Shown piece after piece: positions 48,062 through 59,749 of a stretch of DNA of 64,000 nt. The position numbers were made by a program, and so were the translations under genes. Positions within the stretch are counted from its first letter, which is position 1, and each line of letters begins with the position of its first letter. Under the pieces are notes generated by a model. That model had not been told where the DNA came from. It did no database searches and saw only the letters and a list, made by a program, of their open reading frames with translations. Origin of the DNA: Vairimorpha necatrix (lineage: Eukaryota); NCBI GenBank assembly GCA_036630325.1, contig CP142735.1, positions 434,001 through 498,000 of the forward strand, in the 5' to 3' direction.

Positions 48062-51000
48062 GGTTAAATTGCGATGTTACCCCCCGCCCCTAAAAAAAAT
48101 AAAAAAGGAATAAAATTATGCTCCTAAAATGAACATACAAAATTTTAGAAAATTAATATATAAAAAAGAGGAATTATTTTTATTTCTTCTTGAAAAAAAT
48201 ATATTAAAGGTACCAATGTGCAATAAGTGCATGACACCCATGACCAAAATTAGAAATAATTTGGACAAATATCGTTGTTACTTACGACGAATTGGGAGAA
48301 AATGCCCAAACAAAGGTAACATTTACAAAGAAAGCATTTTTAAAAGTTCTAGGTTAGACATCGAAGATCTTTTAATTTTGCTGTGTGAATGGGTTAAAGG
48401 TGTAAGCAATGTTTCGGCTACTATCGAATTGGATATAGATAGTAGTACCGTATCTCGCTGGTTTACGCGTTTTAATAACGCTGTATTCTTATCCTATTTC
48501 GACTACCTTCAAAACAAAACCATAGGAGGTTTAATTGCGTAGTTGAAATAGACGAGACATTGCTTGTTAAAAGTAAAAACCATAACGGTAGAATCCTTCA
48601 ATACCAAGTTTGGGCCGTTATTGGAGTTGTACGAGGAGACAGCAATTCTTTTTTTTTCGAAATTGTTGAAAATCGATCAAGAACTACTCTTGTCGATTTA
48701 ATAAAACGGAAAATCGCACCTGGATCTACAATTATTACTGATTGTTGGCGGGGTCATGAGGGGTTTTCGGAACTATGTCCGGATTATAACTATTTACATT
48801 TAACTGTAAATCATAGCCAAAATTTTGTAAATCCAACAACAGGCGCCCACACCTAACAATTGAGGGAATGTAGTCTGTAATTAAAAGGGAATTGCGCAAA
48901 GAAGGAACAAGCCATGGTTCTTTAATGAATCTCATTCGAAAACTTTATATGGCTCGTTTTAAGTTAATTTATAGAGAATCACTACTTGAAAGAATGTTAT
49001 GCTTTTTTGAGATTAATAATATATCTGTTACCAGCGAAGGAGCTGGTGGTGGGAGAAGACTTGCTTTTAGAAGTAACTTGTTTATTTGGCATGCGTATTT
49101 TAGGGGTCTCCCTTAAATACTTTTCTTTGTTTGTTTGTTTACATGACAAGCGATGACAGTAAACAAACAAACAATAATGTTAGGGAAGGCACTTTAGCCT
49201 TATAACAAGCGGATCTGATATATCCGGTAACACTCTCCCCTCCTTAAGACAAGGCTTCACTTCCAGGGAAGAGGTAGTATCTTCTAACATTTTTCCGTCC
49301 TTTTCATACACTACGAAGTCACATCGATTTATAAGATGTTCTATTCCATTCTCTAGGCTTTTTACTTTATAAGCGCCTTTAGTCTTGTTCTTTGTAACGA
49401 TATACGGTCCTATATATTTCTTGTCTAGTTTACTAGACATGTTCCTGTTTTTGATAAAGACAAGAGACCCTTCTTTTACGTCGTCAGCAATCAGTTTCCC
49501 TTTCATCTGTCCTTTATGCTTCTTAATCTTACTATTATTAATATCACATATAACTTCTTTTATCTCATTAGTTACTGTAGTACGCTCATTAAGGTATTCT
49601 GCTGGATCTATAAATAGCATTTCAAAGTCACTCGGAAGTTCTTTGATTATCTTAGGCAATGCGCCTTTCCTCCCATAAAGCATTTCAAAGGGGGACATCT
49701 TTAGTTCACCGATTGGGGACAGCCTATACTGCATAAGGATCAGTGGTAGTATTCTATCCCACTGATTTTGATAATCTGTTACCGCCTTTGCAAGTTTTAC
49801 AATCAGGCTTTGATTGGTCCTCTCTACAAGTCCATTGGATTGAGGGTGATACGGACTGGAATATCTAAAACGAGCGCCGAAGAGTTCCGAAATCTTCCTA
49901 ACAATCTGATTTGTGAACTCTAGCCCTTGGTCACTTCTTATTACGTCTACCGTTCCATGCCGGCTGAAAATATCCTCAATAATAAATTTTGCTATTTCAA
50001 ACGCAGACTTATGTTTTACCGCCTTGGCTTCTACCCATTTAGTCATGTAGTCCGTTGCTACGATGATAAACCTTTTTCCGGAGGAACAATTGGGCAGGGG
50101 CCCTATACAATCGATTCCAATCATTTTAAAGGCTGACTCGAGTTTTGAGGGAAGGTTACAAAATTTTTCCTAGGTTTCTTGTGCTCTATACGCGCCTGAC
50201 AACCGTTTTTTCTCTCCTGATATCTTTGGGGCTAATATCATTAGCCAGGTTCTGCGATTTTAAGAAGAGATTGTGGCCTCCGTACCTCCATGTCCTATGT
50301 AATGATGATTTTCTCTAATCATATCGTCTTTTGTTAATTTCGTGTCGGAACTTACGATATCCATACTCGACGCGTAAACCCTTGACAAGCAGTCTGGAAG
50401 GGTATGAGATTTCCCCTCCTTATATTCTATTTTGAATCTTAAATCGCTTAAGAACATAAGCCATCGTGCAATTCGTCCCTGGGGGTTCTTAACTTTATAC
50501 AGCCACTGTAGAGGTTTTTGGTCGCTTCTTATCAGGACCTCGTCGTGCAGATACATTTTAAAGGTTTCTACGCAGAATATTATAGCTAGGGCTTCTTTCT
50601 CCAGCGTCGTGTAGTTCTTTTCATGCTTATTAAGCTTTCGGCTAGCACAACGAATCGTTACTTCTTCTCCGTCTTGTACCTGTTTCAAAGCACCTCCTAT
50701 ACATTCTTCTGATGCATTTGCTTCAATGATAAACGTCAGCGTTAAGTCTGGGAGTGCCAGCCATGGCGTGAAATAAGTTCTTTCCTTAATGATTCAACGT
50801 CATTCCGCACTTTCTCTGTAATTTGAAGCTTTTCGTTGATTGTTCGATGTATTTCTAGCGCCTTTTTACTAAAGTTGTTTATAAACATCCGATAGAATCC
50901 CAGAAGTCCGATTATAGAGTGTTATTGTTTTGCATTTTAATTTCAAATTCTTTTTCTAAAGGTCCCATACGAGATTTATCTGAAGTGAGCTATCCGGATT

Positions 51001-53193
51001 TTACACTGTATCCCAAAATATTGATATCCTTTGTCATAAAGTTGCTTTTATCAAAGTTTACCTTAAGCCCGTTCTCTGCTAGAATTTCCAATACTTCTTT
51101 TAAGTGCCCATAATGCTCCTCTAAAGTCTTTGAGTATACAAATATGTCGTCTAAATAAACGACTGTGGTCCTATTTAGCTGTTTCCTGAATATCTTGTAC
51201 ATTAGGCTCTGAAAGGTAGCTGGAGCATTAGTGAGACCAAACGGCATTCTCTTAAATTGGAATTTGCCTGACGGTGTCATAAACGATGTGTACTTCTTAG
51301 ATGTCTCTTCCATTGGTATCTGGTAGTATCCCTTCTCTAGGTCTAGTTGAGAGAATATTCTTGCACCGCTTAGATATGTTAAGCATTCTTCAATCAGCGG
51401 TGGCTGACATACCTCTTTCACTGTATTATCATTAAGCTCTCTAAAGTCTATACATAGCCTATATTCACCATTTCTTTTCGGAGCGACAACCGTTGGGGCA
51501 TTCCAAACGCTTGTGCTTTCTTCTATCACGTTCGACTTTAGTAACCTCTCCACCTCCTCTTGGATAAACTTTCTTTTGTCGAGGCTCAGTGGGTAGTTTC
51601 GCTTGCATATTACCTTCCGTTCACTCAGTTCGATTTTATGTTCCACTAACTTTTTCTTTCCTTTTGCGGTTTCCAGCTTCCTTTTGTAGTCATTAATCAA
51701 TTTATGAACATTATAATTCGAAGATAGATCAGGTTTTGATAACTTTGACGGTGTCTTTTCTAAATTAAAAAGTTTATAGCACGTAATCGTTTTATTATCG
51801 ATTTTAACTGACTGACTTCCATAGTCTATTTGAACATTATGTTTCCTCATAAAGTCTATTCCTAATATTATATCACCTTCAAGGTCTTCCACTACAAATA
51901 ACGCTGTTCTGTAGTCATCATCATTAATTTTTATTTTAGTCTCCACTGAGTTTCTGATCTCAGTGCTAGCAAAGGCAGCTCTTAGGTTCACTCCTTGAAC
52001 GGGTATGAGCTTTTCTCTTCTGACAAGATCATGATTAATGAATGAATTTGATGCTCCCGAATCAAACAGTATCTTCACTCTCTCTCCTCGGAATAACCTA
52101 CTACTATATTAAAGTTATTATCCTCGGACGACGGAACTGCATTCATAGACAACACTTTCTTTCCTTCGTGTTTGCAGTCTCTAAATAGGTGCTCTCCACC
52201 ACACTTGTAACATTCTAACTTTCTCTTAGTGTTATTAGTTTTCTTTTTCATATCAGACTCGGAACTCCTCTCCTTTTGCTTTGAGTTTTCGTTTCTTGTT
52301 CTTACTGTCTCGATTAGTTTTATGTTGTTGCTGTGAATCTTTAATAGATCATTCCACGATGTGGTTTCCTCCACTCTTTCTTTTAATGATAGTGGGAAGT
52401 ACCTAGATAATTCTCCAATTATCTCAGTAACGTCAATTTTAGCCTTTTTGTTTAGCTTGATCAATTCGTAAACAAAGTCTTCTAAGTTCTGCGACTTCGG
52501 TCCAGTATACAGTTTCTTATAGAACGTTTTTACAGAGATGCTCCCTTCTCTGAGCTCTTCATTCCCATACTTGTTAAGAAATCTCTGTTTAAAGTCTGTG
52601 TAGGTTTCTACCTCATCTTCAATCATAGCCTCGTACCATAGTAGAGCCGAATCTCTTAAGTACTTCTTCGTGTACTTCATCAGCTTCTGATCCTTCCACT
52701 CTCCTTCAATGTAACTGAATTGGGTTAGCCATATCAAGGCATCCTTCCCAATTTCTCCTTGAAAATACAACATTCTGCTAGTTGTAACTCCCAGTTTTTC
52801 CATCATCGCTTCTAGTGTGTTGGTTTTGATCCCGTTGTCGCCAATGTTACCAGCGAAGGAGCTGGTGGTGGGAGAAGACTTGCTTTTAGAAGTAACTTGT
52901 TTATTTGGCATGTGTTTTTTATGGGTCTCCCTTAAATACTTTTCTTTGTTTGTTTGTTTACATGACAAGCGATGACAGTAAACAAACAAACAAACAATAA
53001 TGTTAGGGAAGGCACTTCAGCCTTATAACAAGCGGATCTGATATATCCGGTAACAATATCATTTTTAAATTACGATTTAGCGCCCGAATTTGATTTTGAA
53101 TTAATTGAATAAATTTTGTTTCCCCTTTTTTTATTTTTTCCCCTTTTTTTTATTTTTTTGGGGGTGGGGGGGGGGTAACATCGCAATTTAACC
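48062..53193 (+). mobile_element. Merlin transposon 3, relative of element 2, nested in the hAT 5' region
   Basis: TIR GGTTAAATTGCGATGTTACCCC, flanks CAATCATC/TAATCATC. Transposase 48129-53112 is broken by stops and by element G. Confidence 0.92.
49026..53055 (-). mobile_element. Defective Ty3/Gypsy element G
   Basis: LTRs 49026-49232 and 52845-53055, TSD ATATC, PBS TGGCGACAAC. Gag CYKCGGEHLFRDC, FDSGA, YLDD and SDQG motifs. Stops and frameshifts in pol. Confidence 0.95.
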
Positions 53194-53943
53194 TAATCAT
53201 CATATGTAAGAAAATTTTTGTTGAAAGGTCTTTTTGCTTAACGAAAAGTAGCCTAACTCCTTATAATGTACTCCCAATATTTAGCATTAAAAATGTAATT
53301 GATCAAATTTTTTTCAAAAAATTAAAATTATAAATTTTTAAATTTCTTCTCAATATGAAAAATGAAAACGGGCGCTTCGTTGCCGACCTTTGATCTAAGG
53401 CATAGTCGAATTTGAAATATTTCGACTCTCACTTCTAATGCTCGCTCGTTTATTGACCCTACAATCATGTACAGTTTTTAATTGTACTATCTTTCCGATG
53501 ACGATTTGACAAATCGCTGTATATACTATAATCGTATCGTCGCCCTACCTCACTTCTTCAATCCTTTCTTTTCTTATTGGGTTTGATATTTTACTTTTTC
53601 AATACTTCATAATTTTTTAAGCCCTAAAACACTGGAAAATAACACGGGAATTTTTGTAGACTAATTTTCAGTTAATGAAATTGAGGTGCTCCGGAGGAGC
53701 TACCCCTGGATAAAAAAAGCTGTAGTAAATTACAGGGTTGTTTATTATTTTAGGCTCTTGGGGGCTTCTGTCAGGGATATAATCCCTGGCTTTGTAGCTC
53801 TTCTTTGATTGTGGGTTCCAAGGAATTATACATCGTTCCTCTGTTTCGAGATGTCTTTGGGGTTGATAGCCGAAAACGAATAAATAATTAAATTGAAAAT
53901 AGATTGGTCAAAATGGCCTATTTCCAAAAAATGTAATCGATAA

Positions 53944-56900
53944 TGTTAATATGTTTATTGTTATTATCCATAAAAATTAGGGGTTACATATAAAATATTT
54001 AAAAATTATCAACATCTCCCTCTACAAAATTGGCTCATCAACTAAAAGCTTTACCCGAGAAGCGTGTCTTTTTATTTTCTTTTTTCCTATCTTGATTATA
54101 AACGCATTATTTTTTAAAGCTTTATAAACACATCCCCGAACATTAAACTTGGGGCTTACCTTTTCCTATATTTCCTTCTTGTCTGATTAGCACAACCTCC
54201 CCTGGTCTAAACAATGTTCTTGCATACCTTTTCCATTCTTTTTATTGTATGTTATGATATTTTCCCTTTGAATCTGTCTTAGTTTGTCTTGTACATTTAA
54301 TAAGGTTGCATCTTGTAGAGTCATTAAGATTTCTTTATGAAATGTGTTGTTGTAAATCTCTATAGCTCTTTTTAACTTCGTTTTTAAAAAACTGTCTTCC
54401 TTATTCTTAAAAGTTAGATCTTGTAGTGTCCTATTAAATCTCTCTACTCTACCATTAGATTGGTGATGGTAGAGAGACGTATAATGTAACTCAATATTAT
54501 GATGCTTACAAAAATTGACGACCTTTGAACTTAAATTTTCTTTCGACTGATCTAATATAAGTGTTTTTATCTTAACCTTTTCGTTACTTCTTCTATAAAT
54601 CTTACTACCTTTTCATCGTTTTTTGAACTAAGAACTTTTGCAAAACCTTTTATAGTAAAATAATCAATAGCCGATATAATATATTGCTTCCCTATTGGGC
54701 CTATTATATCCACCGCAACCTTTTCTCCTCTTTCAAACGCCGTAACAAAAATAAACTTTTTTCTCTTTTTTGAATTATATTAACAACATATCTCACATTC
54801 ATTTACTACTTCCTTAACTAGTTTTTCTACCTTATTAATTTTGAGTCCTCTTTTTGTAATTTCATACTCTAATGAATGTTTCCCTCTATGTAATAGTTCT
54901 AAATGAATAGCTCGCACAATTTCTTTTTCTTCAACCTCATACTTCTCGATTTCTATATCCTTTCTGTTTTCTTTGTCTTCTTCCTGTTGTTTATTATCCT
55001 ACATTATTTCCTCATCTTCAACGAAATCAAAATTTCTGCTTAGACAATCTACGTGAGGTATGTCTTTGCCTTGTCTGTACGTCGCCTTAAAGCAATATCT
55101 AGACATTCTATCTAACCATCTTTGAATTATTGGGGAATTTATTTCACCTTTAATAAGCACTTCTAATGCTTTATGATCTGTAATTACCTCGAATTTTGCA
55201 CCATATAAAAAGTAATTCTAATTTTCCATGCCCTATAACATGGCTAAACACTCTTTCTCACTAATACCGTAATTAATTTCATGATCTTTTTGTTTTCTAG
55301 AAGCAAATGCAATAGGTATCTCCTCTCCATCAATGATCTGATTAAGCACTGCCGATTCCATACTTAGAAGCGTCAGCTGTCAAAATAAAATCTCAAGTAT
55401 AAATAGGTTGAAATAATTCTATGTTCGTTTGAGAATCTCTTTGATCTCCTTAGAAATTTTCTCTTCTTCCTCTGTTTAAATGAACTGTTTCTTGTCTTTT
55501 AATAATTCATACAGTGGACTACATATACCGGAGCAGTCTTTAATAAATTTTATATAATAGTTATTAGTTTCAAAAATTCCTGTAACTGTTGCTTATCCCT
55601 TGGTGATTTTAGATCTTCTATTCCTTGTAATTTATTAACTAACAGGAGTACCTTATTTTCTTCTATATGGTGTTCTAAAAAGTCGATTTCACGCTGTCTA
55701 AAACTAGATTTGTCTTCATTTATTTTAAGCTTGTTTCTATCCAAAGCTTCTTTAATTCTTTTGTATGTCTCATCATGTTCTTTTTCATCTCTGCCAAAAA
55801 TTAAAATATCATCACATAACAGAAACAGCTCTTTCCTATTTCTTCTTTAAGTGCAAAATCCATGAACCTCTGGAATATTACAGGTGAATTTTTGAATCTC
55901 TTTGGTCACACCTTCCATTCATACAGTCTATGTTTGAATCTAAATACTGTCTTGAATCTATCTCTTTCAATCAACTTAATTTGAAAACCCCCATATTCCA
56001 GATCCAACTTTGAGAAAAATTTTCTTCCACGCAAATTACATAAAATCTCGTCTATTCTGGGGATGGAATACCCTCCAAGTTCAACTATTTTATTTAACGC
56101 AACTAAATTTGTAGTCACTTGAATAGAACCATCTGGTTTTATTACCGGCCGAAGATTATTAAGCCATGTAGACTTAGACTCCTGAATGTATCCCTTGCTT
56201 AAAAGCTTCTGAATCGCCATTCCAACGCCTTCTTCCATGTTCTTTGACAATGTATATAAGCTCTACTACTTTTTTGCCCGCTTCCGTCTTGATTTCACAC
56301 ACATATCCTTCATCTTCTGTTTCCATCGTCTCCCTCATCCCATTTTTCCCGATCAATATTTTTTCAATTCTCACTTTGAGTAAAATAAAAAATTTTAAAC
56401 GATAAACTTGGGATTTATACGTCAATTCAATAAATGTATGTTTGTTTACTATGATAGGCTTTTCAAGGTAGGTCTTAAATACCATTTCTTTAGAATTCCA
56501 TTGAAATGGTAGATTAAACTTTTCAGCTACCGCGTTACTGATAAAGTTGTACGTTGATCCAGTGTCAAAAGTAACAGGAACCTCTTGTCCATAAAAATAA
56601 ACTGAATTTTCTTTATTTTTAATAATGTCTGATAATTCGGTGCTTATTTCATTCACTTTCTTACTTCCCTGTTGATTATAATTGGTTCCCATACGACAGT
56701 TTCTTGCAATATGTCCTAATTTTTGACAGTTGTAACATTTAATGGTTTGTTTAGTAGTTTCGATTTTTAAACTTTCAAGTTTCTTCAGTAAATCTTGCAT
56801 TTCTTGTTTTCTCTTATTTTCTTCTAAACATTCTTCTTCTATGATTGTCAACTTATCAATAATTTTTTCATCCAAAGATCCACTAATTTCCAAAAAATTT

Positions 56901-57374
56901 TTTACTCTTCCAAGTTCATCTCTTATCCCACCTGTAATAATCTCAATTATTTCTTCCTCTTTAAGTTTAAACATCCGTGAGGACGACTTTACATTCTCGA
57001 TGTACTGTTTAATGCTTTCGTATTTGTCTTGCTTCATTCGGTAAAGTTTTGCTAAAGACACTTTTTTACGTCCGAATGTTTCTGAAACCTTCAAGTATTT
57101 CACAAAGTTCATTTTTGTACAACCTAAAATAGTCTCGTAGTGCCAATCGAGTAAATCGTAACTGGCTCTACTCACAATCAATTCAATCTTTCTCTCGTCC
57201 TCCATATTCTTAAAGAAGGACATCAACTCAAGTCTTCGTATCTCATTTACTATATTATCTCTATTAATCTCTTTATTCATGGGTTCTCCCTCATTCTCCA
57301 CCATGTTAATATGTTTATTGTTATTCATTCTAAAATTAGGGGTTACATTTAAAATATTTAAAAATATATCAACA
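53944..57374 (-). mobile_element. Degenerate Ty3/Gypsy element H with 71-bp LTRs, related to D
   Basis: LTRs 53944-54014 and 57304-57374, perfect TSD GATAA, PBS TGGTGGAGAAT, PPT GTAGAGGGAGA. Gag-PR ORF 57328-56174 with CYNCQKLGHIARNC and FDTGS. Confidence 0.93.
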
Positions 57375-57479
57375 GATAAAATAAAATAAAATAAAAAAAT
57401 TTAAGGTAGTTATAATACCTCGAAATAATATAATATTTTTTGGTCTAATATCTTACTTACTAATTACTTAGCACAATAA

Positions 57480-59060
57480 GGACTCACAATCTCTTCTGTT
57501 ATCCATAAATTTCCTTCTGAAGTCCACAAACAGGAGTTCATATATCCCGTGCTGATTAGTATCAAGCCATTGTCTGATTGACATAGTTAGGATTTACAAT
57601 ATCATTTTAAAAGCTCTTTTTCGTATATTTACTTCTGTTCTGTATTTTAATTGGATTTCTTTGACATGGATGTGGAAATTTGTTTACTATTTAATCCCAA
57701 GCCATTAAGTAAGAAATAATTTTCAGTTTGTGTTTGTAGAGAGAAGCCACATGATTTCCAAGCAAGTCGAATTGAGGGTTATTTTCTGTTTCTACAGAAT
57801 GAAGGTTGTTATAGCTTGTCATTGAAACCTCAATAACAATCACTTCCTTAAATCAAATTGTCCACATTTAGTATATCAGGCCCGTTATACATTATTTTAA
57901 TACTTGAATGTATTCTACTGTCGACTCTATCTCGACATACTCGTTAGATACTTATTCTTGGACTATGTGATTCTTGATTCTTTCCGCATGGGATGGCTCA
58001 TAAACCATACAAACTGTTAAAGTATGATCGAGTGCATCATTCAGCTATCTCATCTAAACATGCTAAACATACGATCACATTGTGTGGCATAAGATCTATC
58101 GTCATTGCAAATTCGTGACAGTGGGGGCATTTATCTCTTTCTCAAAGATAACATTTGGTCCTGTAATGGACATAAATCACCTATCTATCTTGGGCTTCGA
58201 TTTCCTAAGCCCCTTTGCGGCCTGTTTTATGTAATAAGTGGATAGTCTCGCGGTCTAAAAAACTTCAAACGTTTTATTTTTGTTTTTATAATTCTATAAA
58301 GAGTTTTGGTTTGTGACTTTATTTAATTTTGACTGTGACATTTTGCTTAAGTCTATATTTATTTTTTATATATCTGTCTTAGTTGGTAGATATGTATAGC
58401 AAGTTTTCTTGGAGTTAAAAATCACTTTGCGCCTTAATACAGATTCTTTTGAGCTTTCAAATTCTTTTGCCAAATTATAATTGATATCTTTCTTTTTTAT
58501 GTTCTATGCATTAAAGACCTCTTCCAAGTTCGGCTCCGAAGAGATATAATCTTTTTTGTTGAAGGCAATTGGTGGACGTGATTGTTAGTCGATAATTTTC
58601 TAACGTTGTCGCCTTTGTTTTTGTATTCTTTTGGTTCGAATCTATTATTCCTAAGTAATAATAAAAAGGATCATTTCATGTATAATAATTGCTTTGAACA
58701 AATGTTTCGCATTTGGCTTTGTTTTACATAACTTTTAAAAAATTATAAGATGGCCGCCCATGGGTTTCTTTGTTCTTCATTATCTTACCGCCGAGGCTTT
58801 CCGCAATGCCTAGATATTTATATTCCTCATCCCACTCTAGCAAATTATCTCTATATTTAACATTATAATTGTCGTAGTTACTTACTCTTTAATCGAGCAT
58901 TTATAATTCTTGGATTTTTTTATATTCTTATAATATTTTAACCTCATCTTATGGAGGAAGATAACCAAATAAACATTTCACTAGCAATAATATTTGCAGC
59001 CGATTTTCTGCATTAATTTCTAGACCTACAGTAATGAAAGAAATATTTAATAAAAAGCAA
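57480..59060 (-). pseudogene. 3' relic of an RLE-type non-LTR retrotransposon
   Basis: YKYLG, CPHC knuckle and PDI..VIVIEV endonuclease remnants. Confidence 0.7.
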
Positions 59061-59749
59061 ATAAAAGATTTATTGAGTTAATTTAAAATTAAGATTAGAT
59101 ATTCATAGCACAGCTTTCCCCAGTATCGCTCATGGAATTCAGGTCTTCACAGACTTTGGTTTCCGTAGAATTATTTTGTTTTTTATGACTTCAAACTTAA
59201 AGCTTCATTCCCTTTTGCCGAAACCACTTCTTTAATAGTTGCCATATTCGCTAGTGCGCTTACATCTCTAGCCACTTCTTCCTCTCCTGCATCCCCCTGA
59301 TCGTATCCTCGTCGTCGTTCCAAAGAGATAAACTCCAGAGTCTTCTTCGTCTTGATAAAAAGCAACAAATATTATTTAAAAAAATTGTTTTCATGATTCT
59401 GACTTTTGACTTTAAATTATATCATTGAAATTTAAAAACGCTTAAAAATTATCTAATCTCGAGCAAAATACACTAAAAACGAGAATTATGATTTTTACTT
59501 TACATACAACAAAATATATTGTACCCAAAAAAATTTAAAGCCTTTATATTTTTATATAAGATTAAATATGTTTAGAACAAGTAGCTAGAGGTGTAACAAA
59601 CTAATTCGAATTTAAACTTTTGAATAAGAAGTGCTATATATAAAGACAGAAGGGCATTTTAACGCTCGTGAATTAAAATACCTAAATGGTAACTTAACTT
59701 ATTACATGTAAATTATATGATCGATGTCGTGATTTATATGATAAAAATT

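Larger units (their letters stand above)
45627..53392 (-). mobile_element. hAT transposon, Buster/SPIN/GTF2IRD2-like
   Basis: TIR CAGGGGTCGGCAAC (12/14) and 8-bp TSD ATCTAAGG with central TA. Confidence 0.93.
45560..53870 (-). pseudogene. Old Merlin relic (family of element 1) interrupted by the hAT
   Basis: 53400-53870 on the minus strand parallels 21350-22150 (TTCCAGTGT..AGGGCT, TTGAAGAAGTG, KNCT-W..G.I.ER.LE.R.EI). The match resumes left of 45619. Confidence 0.65.

Noticed and set aside
52075..52100. Programmed frameshift at the gag/pol junction of element G
   Set aside because: No canonical slippery heptamer, and the element has other lesions, so an indel is the simpler explanation
53685..53800. 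GC-richer patch that might be a structured RNA or ribozyme
   Set aside because: Explained as part of the decayed Merlin transposase on the minus strand; no hammerhead or HDV core seen
59183..59368. Short ORF region with a WNDDED Myb-like word in an alternate frame
   Set aside because: Too short, interrupted by stops, and no further support
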